This document shows positions 23,162 through 37,380 of a DNA stretch of 64,000 nucleotides, in pieces (position 1 is the first letter of the stretch; each line of letters opens with the position of its first letter). The position numbers and the translations under genes are program-made. The stretch spans positions 41,294,001 through 41,358,000 of the forward strand of contig NC_045696.1 in assembly GCF_009834535.1 (NCBI RefSeq), read 5' to 3'. Under the pieces are notes generated by a model. It was not told the DNA's origin and did not search any database. It saw only the letters and a list, made by a program, of their open reading frames with translations. The DNA is from Camelus ferus (taxonomy: Eukaryota).

Positions 23162-23953
23162 CTGGAAAAATAAAGAAACAAAATAATCAACAAATCAATA
23201 TTGAGGCATTACAGTGTCTAAAACCATAAAAGGAAAACCTATACTTTAAGGGAGAAATAAACCCATCACCTGGAATGATTTTAGAACTATTCCATTAAAA
23301 TAAACTTTCACAAGCAGAATTTAATGAAAATACAGTACTAAATTTTCATCTGGTTTGAGAAAACATTTCAAGAGACATAGCATTGCTGCTAAATAGTCAC
23401 AGTAAAAACACAAAGTAAGACAGTGATTTTAACCCATGGTTTAAAAAATAACAGAATCAGCGTCTTGATTTTGTACCTTACTTCACATTTCTCCACTGTA
23501 TCTAAATCTTTAAAGCACCAGAAAATGTTTTAAAATTGGTATTTACTGATAGGTGTACCACTATGATCTGCAAGCATAAAGAAATTTTACTAATATCATA
23601 CTAGAAAGCTTTTTTCCAGATCAAGTTGAATTTGAGGGCTTTACTCCAAAAAATAGAGAACTATGTATAAGACTCAACTTCAAAAACAATGACTGGGTAG
23701 AAGATGAGAAAGCACCAGAGGTTTAATAGCTTTCCAAGGTACAGGATGATGTCTAAGTGCTGAGTTCATATCCACTAACTGTCGGGCCAGCCATCCAAAA
23801 CCATAGCAGCCATGGAGTTGATGTACTGAATGAGATATGTCGTATTGTAGAAAAGCTTCTATTAGAATAGTGACTGAGACATGACATAGAGGCGGGGATA
23901 CAGGATTTTCCATGTGAAATGAAGTAACACATCTACTACGGATATATTGTTAC

Positions 23954-24025
23954 CCAGTGTCGTCCGTGTAGGTTCAGGGCTTTTAGAAATTTTAGATGTA
24001 ATTGTTCCAGGACTTGTGGTTCTTT
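23954..24025 (-). CDS. ABI3BP: ABI3BP exon: ERTTSPGTITSKISKSPEPTRTTL
   Basis: 72 nt; acceptor ttccatcaccag, donor gtaaca; phase 1-1. Confidence 0.92.
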
Positions 24026-24930
24026 CTGGTGATGGAAAGGAAAAAAAAAAAATATATTGAGATATTCTAGAGACAATTAAAAAAAATCCTCCAAGGAGGA
24101 ACTGAACGACCCTTTTAAAATCCTACCATATTTAGTCAGTGTTTAGGAAGTACACAGTGAGTAAAGGTTCTGGGAAGGACTTTTTAAATTCAGTCATAAT
24201 AGTGTAGGGTATAAAAAAATGGAAATAAGCTATGGAATAAGCAGCACCCAGTTTATTGAGCATGATTCTGAGTTTATCATTACACAATGAAGAATATCAC
24301 CTCTAAGGTGATAAACTACCTCTACCTCAAACTCTGGGCCATAACATACATTGTTCCCCTCCCCTTTCCCTCTGGCTAAACCCTGCACATATTTTAAGGC
24401 TATACATCCTCAACTCTTCCTTTCTTTTTCTGAGCTTCTGCAAAGTACCATAACCTCACAAGCAGAGTATATAATCTTACGTTACTCTCTGTTTATGATG
24501 TATTATCTTTGAAGGTTATGAGCAATGAGAAAGGCAGGGTCACGTCCTCTCCATCTCAGCCATCGCCCTAGTACAAAACCTGAAAACGTGTTCTGCACCA
24601 AAAACAAGAACTGGTAGCCTAATAAACCCTCAAATACAGATGCACACCAGGAAAATAAATTACACTCTATATTGCTGTAACAGGAGGGCTTGTTTCTAGG
24701 TTTATGCCAAAATTTACATGCAAGAACATCACTTAGATAATTTTCAATAAAATCTTTTTGAAAATGTTTGATTTTTATTATTGTGCATTAATTATTCATC
24801 TTCAGTTAATTTCAGATTTTATAAAGAACTTTTAATCTATAGAATCATAGCATTTCTTTTTATGATAAGGAGGTAGACAATATCTATTTGGAATTAAATG
24901 TCCTGAAAGGTTAAAGAGACAATTATTTAC

Positions 24931-25005
24931 CAGGTTTAGTTCTTGGTGTTTTGGGCCGGGGGCGTCGTTTAGGAGTAGAAGGGACAGATGTAGTTTGCAG
25001 GGGAG
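24931..25005 (-). CDS. ABI3BP: ABI3BP exon: APLQTTSVPSTPKRRPRPKTPRTKP
   Basis: 75 nt; acceptor ttctttcag, donor gtaaat; phase 1-1. Confidence 0.92.
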
Positions 25006-25963
25006 CTGAAAGAAGATTTAGTAGAGCTTTGATAAATGATACTCCTCAGGAATCAATCAGACTGTAGCTATAAACTTGTAAATCTCTTGAGTACAAGAAC
25101 TGCTTTTTAATTCTTTGTATCCCTAGAATGCCCCACACTGTGTTTTATACACAGTAGGTGCTCCAGTAAGTAAGTGTTGATTGGGCCAAAGGAATTCAAT
25201 GTCTATGTGAAAATGGAAGGTACATTGTTCAGTTAAATGTCCCAGAAAGGGAGGAATTTAGGAATACAAGGTACAGTTAAGAACTCAAGAGATGGTTTAG
25301 CACACAGCGGGGGAGAAGCACAAGTACTTGGAATTTAGAGAATGGAAATTTTAGAACTTCTTTAATTCTGTAGGTCATTACTAACCTCACCAGGAGTTAA
25401 TGAACTTCATGATTCCAATAATTTTGTCATAGAATACAGGTTGAGTTCCCCGCTTTCACTCATCTTTCTTCATCACGGCCAGGACTACAGAGCCTACTTG
25501 GTTCTCTTTATACTTAGACTACTTTGAGAAAAATACTCTGACCAAGTGGTATCTAAACGTTAACCGAAGAGAATATCTTTTAAAACAAGTATCATCTATA
25601 ATTTCACTGCTATTTTTCTGGTTGGGAAAATTATGAAAGAAGGGTACAAAGGAAATAATTCTTCAAAATAATCTGTGCAAAGACTTGAATCATTAGGTTG
25701 TTCATCTGAAATTAGTATTATGGATTCATTTTAGCTCAATTAAAAAAAATATATATGTAGGCACCAAGATTATGAAGATTCTTTGAGGATCATCACAAGG
25801 CTAAGTACAATTGATAACCCACTTCTTTAAAGAATTTCATGGTAGAGAATGAAGGGAAATATTTACTGCCGAAAAATTTTCTGAAAAGGCCAACATGACT
25901 GATTCTTCTTATCACTTTATCTATTTTTTCAAAATACACAACTAAATAAATGTCATTAGTTAC

Positions 25964-26038
25964 CAGGTGTTGTAGGTTGCATTTCAGGACTGGTAAAGAT
26001 TTCCGGTTTTTGAGGAACAAACGGTGTTTCCCTTGGAG
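25964..26038 (-). CDS. ABI3BP: ABI3BP exon: APRETPFVPQKPEIFTSPEMQPTTP
   Basis: 75 nt; acceptor gtgttttcag, donor gtaact; phase 1-1. Confidence 0.92.
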
Positions 26039-26584
26039 CTGAAAACACAAATCCCCCATCCCACCAAGTAATTCCAGTTAAAATGAGGCATTTTAAGAGG
26101 TTCAACATGCTTTTAGATGGTGTTACAAAGCACATGCTACCAGTGCATGACGGAGGATGAAAAATGCATGTGGTCTTGAAAGCTGGTGGATGAAATGATC
26201 ATTTAAAGTGGGGGAAAGGTCAGAATGAAATTTTTCAGCAGCTGACTCCAGGCAGATTCAATGCGTGGGAGACAGGTGATGCAGGCCACAAACACATGAG
26301 ATGGGATGAGATGGGTGATGAAGATGTCCATGCAGCTTTCAAAGCTTTTCATTCTTTTAAGGATGGAAAACATATCATCTATACAGTTCAAAAAAGGAAA
26401 GAGAGAGCCCAAAATGGAAACAAGATGCCTGCATTATAGGAAAAAAATTTGTATTATATTCAGAAATAGGAAAGAAATAAATGATTAGATGTGATGGAAT
26501 GAAATGGTCACTTGGAAGAAAGGCATTCACATGAATTTTCTTTTGATGGAAAACAAAGTACAATTTTTCTGTTAAAAACATTAC

Positions 26585-26659
26585 CCAGTGTTGCCCTTGG
26601 CTGTTCAAGAGTTCTAGAAGTTTTAGGTGGGACAGAATCCAGAAACAGATCGCTTGTTG
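26585..26659 (-). CDS. ABI3BP: ABI3BP exon: ATSDLFLDSVPPKTSRTLEQPRATL
   Basis: 75 nt; acceptor ttccaacag, donor gtaatg; phase 1-1. Confidence 0.92.
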
Positions 26660-27258
26660 CTGTTGGAATAAATGTCAACATTTATAAAAGCCGTAGAAGG
26701 CCCCAGGAATAAAATACAAATTCATGAGTAATAAATTATGCTTCAAATGGGGAAAAACATCAAGCATACTTGAGAGATTGCTGAATATTTTTAACCTAGT
26801 GATTCATTAGGAGTTGAAGATGAGCTCACTTTTAAAAACGTACATATTTTAAATGTTAGAAACCATGATAAAACCGTGTTTCATATAGTCAACTTGTTTT
26901 CAACTGGTTTTTCAGGTTCCTTCCCTCTGCTTCTTAACTACCTGGTTGAACCCACTCTAAGCATTCTATTTCATTTTTTTCCTTATTTTCTGCCTGCCGT
27001 TTAAAATTATTTACCTTTGTCAGGGCATGCATAGAGCTAAGGCCATGCAAAAAATACCAGACATGTGTCTTTGTGTGGCAGAGACCAGTCTTATTTACTC
27101 TGAATCTCCTGCAGGAACTTGTTTAGTGAGCGCTTAACAAACGCTTGCTAAAAGGAGCTACTGGACTGCGTTAAAGTCACTGCAGATGGGGCAGTAAGTG
27201 AAGGCCAAAGATTAGACCCAGCTGGACCTCTGCAGATGAGTGAATGACATGTCCTGGA

Positions 27259-27478
27259 GCCGGATTTCTCACCTCGGCACTACTGCCCTTTAAGGGCTGG
27301 ATAATTCTTTGTTGTGGGGGGCTGTCCTGTACATTGTAAGGGTTTAGCAGCATCCCTGGTGTCTAAATGTCAGTAACGCCTTCCCCAGTTGTGACAATCC
27401 AAAATATGTCTAGCCATGGCCAGAAGTTTCGGGAGTGGAGGGGAAGAGAGCAGAAATACCCCCACTGGAGAACCACTG
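27259..27478 (+). mobile_element. MER20 DNA transposon
   Basis: tttctcacctcggcactactg...ggctggataattctttgttgtggggggctgtcctgt...gagaaccactg matches recalled MER20. Confidence 0.85.
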
Positions 27479-27794
27479 CTCTAGAGAAAACTCTTTAAGA
27501 ATTTAAAATCTTTTAAGGATGATTCTGAACAACAGAGCAACAGGCCATGGTTTCACTGTGCCTCAGTGGTAACCTAATCTATCTGCATCTCCCACACGTG
27601 GTAGAATTTACTGATGGATGTGAAGAAATAATCACTCAATGGGAGAAGTGGGTAGAATTCATCTCCCTGACACAGACTGCCCCTTCCCTCCTCTAGGCTT
27701 GGAAGAGAACACTTTTTCACTCTGCAGAGGGAACCAGGTGTGGTATTGTCAGAACACCTGGCATCCAAAAAATGAATTGAGAGGCTGGGTATAC

Positions 27795-27860
27795 CTGTGT
27801 AGGGCTCTGATATTTCAGGCTCATCTGATGTTGTAGAGCTTGAGAAAACATCATAAGCTG
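27795..27860 (-). CDS. ABI3BP: ABI3BP exon: AAYDVFSSSTTSDEPEISEPYT
   Basis: 66 nt (63 nt with the second AG of a NAGNAG acceptor); donor gtatac; phase 1-1. Confidence 0.9.
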
Positions 27861-28171
27861 CTTTTAAAAGAAAAGGTAAAACAAAAGAGAAGGTATTAAT
27901 TTTTTATTAATTTTTAAAGATTTCATGACATGCTGGCTAAAGGAGCACAGTTTTATGTAGGTGTGAGTGGTTTTGGCTGCGAGCTACTGGTCTTGTCACT
28001 AATGTGTCAGCAATCACCAAGATTTGCATCTAGTCCTTCTTGTCCTGAACTAAAGGCCTTTAATGCAGTGAGCCCCGACACTGGCCTTTAGGTGATGTGA
28101 GCATAATGCTATACGTTTGCAATGAGGTAGTGCCAGCTCTAAATCAAGTGGCTTCAAAGAGTATAAACATA

Positions 28172-28487
28172 AACGACACAAATGAACTTATTTACAAATC
28201 AGAAACAGACTCACAGACATGGAAAACAAACTTATGGTTACCAGGGGGAGAAGGTGGGGTGGAGGGATAAATTGAGAGTTTAGGATTTGCAGATACACAC
28301 TATGTCTAAAAGATATAAACAACAAGGTCCTACTGTATAGCACAGGGGACTATATTCAGTATTTTGTAATAGCCTATAATAAAAAAATATGAAAAGGAAT
28401 ACATATATATATATAACTGAATCACTATGCTGTACACCAGAAATTAACACAACATTGCAAAACGACTATACTTCAGGAAAAAAAAAA
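28172..28487 (+). mobile_element. 5'-truncated L1 3' end (artiodactyl-type) with poly(A) and target-site duplication
   Basis: L1 3'UTR motifs (aaacagactcacagacat, tactgtatagcacaggg, ctgtacaccagaaattaacacaacattg); A-tail; agtataaacata at 28160-28171 and 28488-28499. Confidence 0.88.
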
Positions 28488-31194
28488 AGTATAAACATAC
28501 ATGAAGTCAGATGGCAACTTAAGGAGAGGTTTCCAAAGAAGAAAAGAGCGGTCACACTGAGGTTATTTGCACAAAGCCTACAGCTCAGTCTTTCTACTTC
28601 GTAAAAGCTACCACCGTGATGTCTGGACAGCCCTTTACAGTTGGCACAGCACTTTCTCATATATTAGCTTATTTAAGTCTCTAAACATACCTGAAAAATA
28701 GATGAGGTAGACATTTGCCCCATGTTATAGCTAAGGGGGTAGTATCTCCATTTTCTAGACAATGAAATTGCGATTCACTGGGGCAAACATCTTCTATCAC
28801 CAATGTTTACTTTAGTGGGTGAAATGCTTCAGCTATTCAACATTAAGTACTATTTCTAATCTTACGTTCACAGAACAGAAATGGTACCAAAATTTGCACC
28901 GTCTAATGTGAGTACAATAGTTATTTCCAATTCAAAGGTTATAAATAGCAATATTTCTTTCAAAAAACAATAGTAACTTGTAATCATGATTACTAAACTT
29001 TACTTTTATATTTCACAGAAAACACAACAACGATATGAAATAAGTCACATTACCATTTGTTTATAACTTCCTAAAATTGCATTGCTAAATTCTGTTTCAT
29101 TGGTTGTACATTTTATTTTCTCTCTTAAAAAACTGATTAAATGCAAAATTCACACTAAAAATACTTTGCTATTGCTCTGGAATCAATGCAAGCATAGACA
29201 AAGCATGTCCAGTTATCAGGATTTTATCCATTTATTTTATCCAAATTCCATGAATATTAATAGCTATGGGGAAGATTTCTTTTTAAAAGTACTTAGATGA
29301 AAGCCTGCATGAACTCACTAGGACATAAATTGTTCTGTCATGCTCTTTATGCAAAATTTACCCCAGGGCCTGGGTCATAGGGAGACTCCATGGAATTAAT
29401 CTGTAAGATTCCCATTACAGTGAACAATGAGTTTGACTGTTGGGTAGTTTATGCTCTTAGTACAAATCAAGGAGAATAAATGAACAGGTCCTTTACTTAT
29501 TTTATGACACACACATGCGCACAAATCTCTTCCTCTGCTACACAATTACCTGCCATATGCTTGTGTGGCCATACTCTGCATGGAAACAGACTCCTAAGCA
29601 CATATGGAAGAAACAAGGAGAAAATACAAGAGGACCATCAAGAAGTAGCTGGATGAAAAGAGTATTCACAAACACCACACACAGAGTTTCCAGTGCCACT
29701 CACATAAGCAAATAACACTCTCTTCAATTCATGGAAACATAAAATATCTTTCTGGTTGGCCTTGAAGTCTGAAAATCCTGACTGCGAGAAAATACTCACA
29801 AAGAAAACCCAAAGGCTGAGACTATAAATCTCTAAGAGACCACAGGAAATCTGTAAACCATCTGCTATACTTGAGTTCTATTTTCCAGATCTCAAAGTAT
29901 CAACGCCACCATTTATTCCAATTTTTCTTTTCCCTCTCTAGGGCTTAATCCAGTTGGGGGCCAGACTTGTGCTAATCAACACCTCAGGGGTGGACAATAA
30001 GGTCCAAATGTAGAGTTCAACCTCTTTTCGAGCCCACTGAGCAAACCTGGGGCCAGAACTTTCCAACGAGTAGACCACTTCCTTGAGTAGACTGATCACT
30101 TCACCTTTCAAGTCTTTAAGTCATTTATAGAGCTTAAGTACACATAGCAAGAATTAAACACCAAAAATAATTAGCCATGAACTCCTAAAGGGAGCTTGCG
30201 AAGTGGGTTCTAATGAAAAGACTGAGGCTGACCATCCTTAGTTCTGTCAAGAGACATCTCTAAAGATAACTGTTTATTGCTCAAGGGGAAATAATTGTGC
30301 CAGAAGAACTGTCATCTTAATAAGTTACAGTAACACAAAATGATACGTTACGACACATTGAGAAGGAAAAAGCAGTTTGTCGGAACATGTTAGGGGAAGA
30401 ACAGGCAGGAGAGTTTTCTAAAGATGAAAATAAACATGTTGGATTATCTTGGGTTATAAAAGAAACCATTTTCTTGATTTAATTTTGGCTTCAAATTCCT
30501 CCTGGTACTAAATGATGGTTTTTAAGGGAATGACCAAGTAAGTTACAGAGGCTTAACACTGATAGCATTAGCGAGCCGGAAACACAACACTGATTTCCAT
30601 CCTCCTCTTCCAATTATAAAAGGCTTTAGAAGTCATGCGTATGCCCCATCTATGGAGGGATGTATATACGACATGTGTGCTGCTTCTCCCACTTCTGATG
30701 CCCGCAGACAACACATCGAGTTGGTCGTGGTATCATTTTACTCCCTGAGCCAAGGCCTCAGAGTCCAGTTTACAGAATGATGCAGGCTTCCACTCTAACC
30801 AAATGGTGCAGCCGTGTGATACGATTCAGCATCTCTGCCGTGGGGTTAACAGGACATCATCAGGCCATTCTCACAGGTTGCAAGGCCTCTTCAAATCACA
30901 CGGCACGTGTCCTTTCCATCCTTCCTAAACATTTTTACACAAGTGAAATGAAGACCCAAGAATCATTTGGTATGTTTTTGTATGTATGAGCTTAGAGTAT
31001 TTTCTCCCTTGCTTCTTTTCTTTCTTTTTATCAATTAAAAAATTTATTGTTGTTATTGAGTGTCTGCGGCAATTTGGGAAGTTTGGGATAGACAGTGTAG
31101 CATAGTGGGAAGAGGGTGCATTCAGTGCAAGGGCCAACTGTATTAAGGAAATGTTAGTGGGGCTTCCTCAGTACTGTGAGTTAGGTTAAGTGAC

Positions 31195-31370
31195 TTACAC
31201 ATTATTCCTAAGACATAACAATCCAATGAAAATTATTATATTATTTCCATTTTATAGATGGGGAAGCTGAAGCTCTCGGGGGTTAAATTACTTGTCTGCA
31301 GATGTATAAGTGGCAAATTGTTGAGCTATCGGTTTATTAACCCAGCTCTGTCTCACCCTATAGCTCACAG
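31195..31370 (-). mobile_element. MIR SINE fragment
   Basis: Core ccattttatagatggggaagctgaagctc...ggttaaattacttgtc. Confidence 0.65.
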
Positions 31371-32499
31371 ATCAGTGATCACATTCACAAGGAGAATGAA
31401 CTCTGGGACAGGCCAGCCTTTCTCTCAGACCACTTGATGTCTCTTAAAAATCTAGAAGGGACCTGGTCCTAATAAGAACATGGAATTTATTCTGCTGTGA
31501 AGCTATTCTGCAAAAATTTCAAAGCAAGCTATATGACATTGTTTCACTTTTAACTTGGAGTGGTTTGTTGGAGAGAAGCATAGGAAAGAAATGAATGAGG
31601 ATCTAGTTTTTGTTCCTCTACCTGCTCAGAGACCAGTCTCTCACATATCTCCTTATGATAAAAGAAAATGATAACTTGCTTTGCTTCCAGGGACTTCTGG
31701 AAGGTCAATCTGGTGGTATATATATAACCCTTTGAATCTCTTAATAGAACACTACTATGCAAATACAAAATTATATTATTCCAGTGGAGAAGTAATCCAA
31801 CAAGTATGCACACATGCATGCACAATTTATCCAGGGGTGAAAGGTACTGAGAACTTTTCTAGAACTCACTCTATAGGAACAGAAATCATAGTCAAGTGGC
31901 TATCTTCCAATAGAACCCAAGACCAATTCTATTACATCACCAGAAAGATTAACTTTTCTGAATGATTGTTACAAGCACTTAAGTATTTCTAAAATGTGAC
32001 CAACTCTCTTAATACAGAATTTATAAGTAAGTTTACATCCTGTCATATAGTTATAGAGCAGATTTTTATAATTTCCTTTCTGTACTTTAAGGAAAATTGG
32101 ATGTGCCAGGGAAATCAAAATCAATCAATCCCACTTAAACATACTTTAGAGAAGGTTTAATATCAACTACAATTCCAAATAATGAGATCACAAAACATAG
32201 CACTAATCAAAGACTAGGGCCAATAGGCCAAAAGTGGGGAAGAATACATCTGACGGCTACACCTCTCGGATTTCCTAGGCTATTCCAAATTCCCAATAAC
32301 CTGTCCCACTCTTGCCATAAACTATTGAAGTGATTTCAACGTGCATGTTAGAATTTCCACATACCCTTTTAGATTTAAAAGTAATACAGAAATCTTTCTG
32401 AGAGTGTGCATTCTGATTATTTGATACAGAATATGAAGTAAATGTGGAAAACAAATCTAGTACATGCCGAAGCAAAATGAATTTTACAAAAGGTAATGA

Positions 32500-33046
32500 T
32501 AAACCATTTAATGGCTGATAAAGAGAAAAGCAGCCCTTGGCATCGGGATGCTGGCCAGGCCACAGCTAGGCTGTTGTGTTCTCCTGCTGACATTGACAAT
32601 TTAAAAGAATACCACCATCAGACAAGTTCAGTCGGTGACCAAGATGGACCAAGACAAAAACCAGACCATTCTATAACTGTGTGGAACACAAATGCACAAA
32701 CACAGAAACTACTGTCCCCGCATTCTGGTTCATGTCTTTATCAGTCACATCTTCAGTTTCACTCCTCTTTTCTTGCCTTTTAGTTAAGAATTATTAAGAT
32801 ATTCAATCAGGGATTACTCCCACTTTCTGACAGCAACCAATTCAGAGCAAAGCTTCACTTCCTTAAACCCTCCCCAAAATTACCTAGTACAAAACCAAAT
32901 CCCATAATGTCTTTCCAACATCCTGTTACTAAGAGATCCACAGTTCCTCCTGGTCTGCATTCTCCATTGTCACAATAAGTAGATCAACCTAAGTTTGTTC
33001 AAATACAGGTGTGTTCCTGGTGGTCACTGGCTGAAAGGAATCGACA
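32500..33046 (+). mobile_element. ERV1-class solo LTR (MER67-like; boundaries approximate)
   Basis: 3' part cagagcaaagcttcacttccttaaaccctcccc...caggtgtgttcctggtggtc...gaca resembles a recalled LTR and ends in CA. Confidence 0.55.
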
Positions 33047-33617
33047 TAGTAAATACAGATGCACTGTACCCCAACAGAGAAAACAAAATGTATTCATTTT
33101 GCTATAATAATGTCATTAATACCAGCTGAAATATATCATTTCTTCAAAAGATCTAACAACAAAAACCGGACCAATGACTTTCTGGACCGGTGTTCAGGTA
33201 CTACCTCTACCTCTCTTGTCTTCATTCTCAAATAACTGCATTAGGAAGTCGTGTGAGTAACTGGGAAATAATCATATAGGTTGAAACAAAATAGGAAATA
33301 GAAACTTAGTGCATGTGTAAAGTCACACAAAATCAATCAAGAAACAAGGCTGAAATGAATGAAAGGACTGTGTGAGTGTATCAACTCTTTAAATCACAAA
33401 TAACACACCTGATAAATTTTACTTTGAAATTTAACCTGTTAGGAAGCTGCCATAGAACACTTAATACAAGAGTTAGACAGGAGTGTTGCAAGCATTAGCA
33501 GAAACAAGAGGTACTTAATTACCCACTTTGAGAAACCAGGCCCTCTCTTCTATAACTGACCACATTGGATGATTTTTACCCACACCATGGAAAATGTTAC
33601 AGACTACAGTGACAAGG

Positions 33618-33780
33618 AGGTGCTCCCCAAGCTTTAATATTCACACAAACCACCTAGAGAGCTTGTTAAAAAGCAGATCCTGATTCAACAGATGTGAAGT
33701 AGAGCCCAAGATTCTGCCTTTCCAACAAGCTCCCCGGCGACGCCAATGCTGCTTGGCCAAAATCATACCAAGTGGCACAG
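33618..33780. mobile_element. MER5-family DNA transposon fragment
   Basis: cacctagagagcttgttaaaaagcagat...gcccaagattctgcctttccaacaagctcccc. Confidence 0.65.
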
Positions 33781-35842
33781 ATATAAAAACTAAAGGCTGC
33801 TGTAAGGACAGGCTAGGACGCTCCTGTGGCTAATGCTCATGTCCGCAATCACACCTACTGAACTGTTACAGCCCGTGCCAAGCTCCTGCACGTCACCTAG
33901 AGGGTGACAGCTGGCAGTCGACAGGTTTCGGAAGTTGTCTGGCAGCCTAAGGTGGCCCTGGCAGGAGATAGGCAGCTGAATAATGAAACTGCTTCCCGCT
34001 GCATTGGCCACTATTCATACTCCATCACGGCGACACCAGAATATTCCTCTTCTGTCATTAAAGGCCAAAGGAACCTTCCTTTTACTGGGATTTCCAATCT
34101 TATCTAACTCTGTCTCTCTGTAACTCTACAACCCCCAACACAGTCTCCCTATTCCCCACTGTTTGCTTGCATTCAGGCTTTATATATCATTCGTGTCCCA
34201 GGCATTACAACTTCATGAATGGTTTCCTTGAGATTTTGGCCAGTTTGCTCTTAAATAATCATAGACACCAAAAATCTAGAGGCTGCTTAATGAAACCCAG
34301 GAAGATTCTATGTTCCCTGCGTTTATAACACTAAAGCTAAGAGATAAAAGGGACCCAAGAGTTCATCTAGTCCAGTGGGCCCAAAAGTCTTTGGTTCGGG
34401 AGACGTAATACTCACAAAGGACGTGAGAGTCAGGCCAGGCCTGGCACAGGGCAGCAGCTCAGCCATCATGCACGCCCACACCAGCCACTGCTCCACGGTC
34501 AGTGCCGCTGCGCCCCTGGGATGTTCAATAGAACTAGAGGCTCAGGCTAAAACTCTACCCAGAAACTGGGTTTCAGATTCAGGTGACCCGGACTGCTGAA
34601 GGTGTTTTTGCACCCACATTAAGTAACTGCGCTAGAGTTTCAGGGTCTGTGACAAGGGGAACCAGGGCTTAGAATTTGAGGCTTCTCTGGATTGGCTGAC
34701 AACCATCACCAACTTTCAAGTGTTTTCCCATTTCAGAAAACTAGGGGAGACTGTAACAGACATGCTGACTTCATTTGATACCATCCTTGTATTTTTTGCT
34801 AAGATCAAACCTTACACTTCCTAGAGAAATGACAATTTGACGAAGATCTATGCATCTGTAGCTCATTTTCATCCTTCCTCAAACCAATCCTCTGCTGGTC
34901 TCCTTGCTGGAGAATACCACAGAGTGTTGGTGTATTTAACATTATGACATCAACTTCTAATTATATTATATACTAATTACCTGTACTTAAAAAAATCACG
35001 ACTAGAAGGCTCATTAAAGTAAAATACGAATAAGTAAAACAAAAATCATGGAAATAATCGCACAAAGTGGTTTGCAAGGTTTTCTTATGTTGAATATTTT
35101 CTTTAGTTGACTGCTAGACATCAAAGAAAAGATGTAAAGGAGAAAACTCTTTGAGAAAAATCTGTTTTTTAAAAAGAGAAGCTATTTCTCTCAATCTGCT
35201 TTAGTGCTGGAACACAAGAAGTCTCAGGAGAAAAAAGCCAAGTGCTACAGTTTACAAAAGAGCAAACTTAGATCCAGGAAAGTAGAGAAAAATAAAAAAT
35301 ATATGGTTGGTAGTAAAACCAGAACTGGAACCAAGGTTTAGTACTTGTGCCAAGAGCTGTGGTCTTTCCTCTGTATCACAATATGCTTACAGATTTTAGG
35401 ACTTAGCAATAATATCTTACACATAGTAAATTCTCAAATGTTCACTGAATATTTTACTGATACAGAAGCAAATATCTACCTGCAAGGGAAATATTAAATT
35501 CATACTGTTAAATCAGATCATGATGGTGCTTATTTTTGTTACTGCTCTCATGACACCAAAGAGATCTCTAGAAATTCAGTGAGCCAATTTGCAGTTCCTC
35601 TCCTTGCCAGACTTCTAATTATATATCCAGACATGAAAACACAGATCTTTAAAACGAATGCAAAATCATTTTGCTTTTGTATTGGAAAAAAAATGAAATT
35701 CATCTAAGTATCAAGAATGACAGCTTTACCATTTACTACAAAGTATATGGATAATCACCAAAAAAACCTATAAAAACAAAAACAAGAGAAGTTATCCAAC
35801 ACTGTGCTCCAATCTATTTTTTTAAAAAAAGAATGCAATTAC

Positions 35843-35917
35843 CAGTTTGAGGCGGTAGGATTTTGGAATCTTCAGATGTTTTACTTGTAGGCACAATCCA
35901 CGGTTTTTCACTTGAAG
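35843..35917 (-). CDS. ABI3BP: ABI3BP exon: ASSEKPWIVPTSKTSEDSKILPPQT
   Basis: 75 nt; acceptor ttttgctgtag, donor gtaatt; phase 1-1. Confidence 0.92.
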
Positions 35918-35943
35918 CTACAGCAAAAAGAAACGGAATTCAC

Positions 35944-35976
<33 letters not shown>

Positions 35977-36396
35977 GAGAAGAGAAAGAGATAGGAATAG
36001 GTTGCTGGTGTGGTTAAGTGGCCACCAGTAGCCTGAAAGGAAAAGCACACACTGATCCAATTAAAAATCATTGTACATCAGGAAGAAATCAATATGCTCC
36101 CAGAGCATTTGAGTAGTGACTAGAGAGAGACCAAAATTTGGTGTCATACTCTCAATCTTTTTGAGGATAGAAAACTATTATGGAAATAGCAGATTGATGA
36201 TTGTTACTGAATTTGTAGAAAAGCCAATAGGTTTTTGTTTGTTTGTTTTTTTAATCAAATCAACCACTTGTCTGGCTGAGTTAACTGAATTCATCAGCTC
36301 ACTGAGGTGTGCGGAGGTGGAATCCAGTAATCATGTCCTACAGAATGAAGCAATCACCACCCACTTCTAATACCAGACTTAAGGTGCTGTTATTAC

Positions 36397-36468
36397 CCAA
36401 GGTTCCCCCAGGTTTCTCAAAAGGGAAAGGTGTTTTTGCCTGAGGAAATTCTGGAAGCCTTTTTGGAG
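36397..36468 (-). CDS. ABI3BP: ABI3BP exon: APKRLPEFPQAKTPFPFEKPGGTL
   Basis: 72 nt; acceptor ttcattgcag, donor gtaata; open, phase 1-1. Confidence 0.87.
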
Positions 36469-37305
36469 CTGCAATGAAACACATAAGAAATGTTACGACT
36501 TGAAGAGCAAGTAAGAGAAAAGCTTTCTAAAATCTCAAGCTTGCAAAAACCGAAGACAAACATGAAAATGCAAGCTACTCAGGTAAGGTAAGGGACTGTT
36601 AGTATCCACCTCTTACTCCTGCGTTTCAATGATGGATAATATGAGAAAGCTTCTTTTTACATTTTTAATAATCAAGCCACAAAATTTGAGGAGTTTGGGC
36701 TCTTCTTTTTACCCTTATTAAACTAGTGTCCCAATTTCTTTAGCTATGTGTATGTATACTCTCAGATATGTTTCATTTAAACCACATAAATCTGAACCAG
36801 AAAATGTCCCTCTAAGAGCCTTAAAAAATCGAATTTCAGTAACTACATGGCTTTATATTTAAGCTCCCCCAAGAACTTTTTTGCTATTGCACTCAAATTC
36901 CAAAAATTCTAAGAAGCAGTCTGCAGAAATATCATAAACGTATCTTCTTTTTCAAGAGAAACAGTGGAGTAAAAAGATACTTAGGAAAAAATACAGAAAA
37001 TAATTTATTCAGTGACACAATGATTTCTGAATGAAGAGAATCAAATATAATATCAAAATATGACCACCACAAAGGAAAATCACCAAAGGATTTGTCATAG
37101 AGAAGGACTCTTTAGGATCCTAGATTATAAAATAAAGATTTTATAACATTTAAGGGCTTGGTGTTGGGGAGTTTACTGTTCTATAAGCCATGTGTGCCTT
37201 CTTTCCTGTGAGGAGATAAATTTGAATGAATTAGCTTAGGACTTCTTTCAACCATGCATAAAATTTCCAAGGTAAAAAGAAGCTGCATTGTTTAATAATT
37301 TTTAC

Positions 37306-37380
37306 CTAGAGTGCTCAGTGGGAATTCAAACCTAGGTATTAAAATAGTCTGCGATGTTTCGGGGGTCCTTTCCCTGAGAG
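37306..37380 (-). CDS. ABI3BP: ABI3BP exon: ALRERTPETSQTILIPRFEFPLSTL
   Basis: 75 nt; acceptor tttattgcag, donor gtaaaa; open, phase 1-1. Confidence 0.85.

Noticed and set aside
30775..30880. Possible intronic C/D snoRNA starting atgatg
   Set aside because: No suitably placed CTGA D box or terminal stem seen
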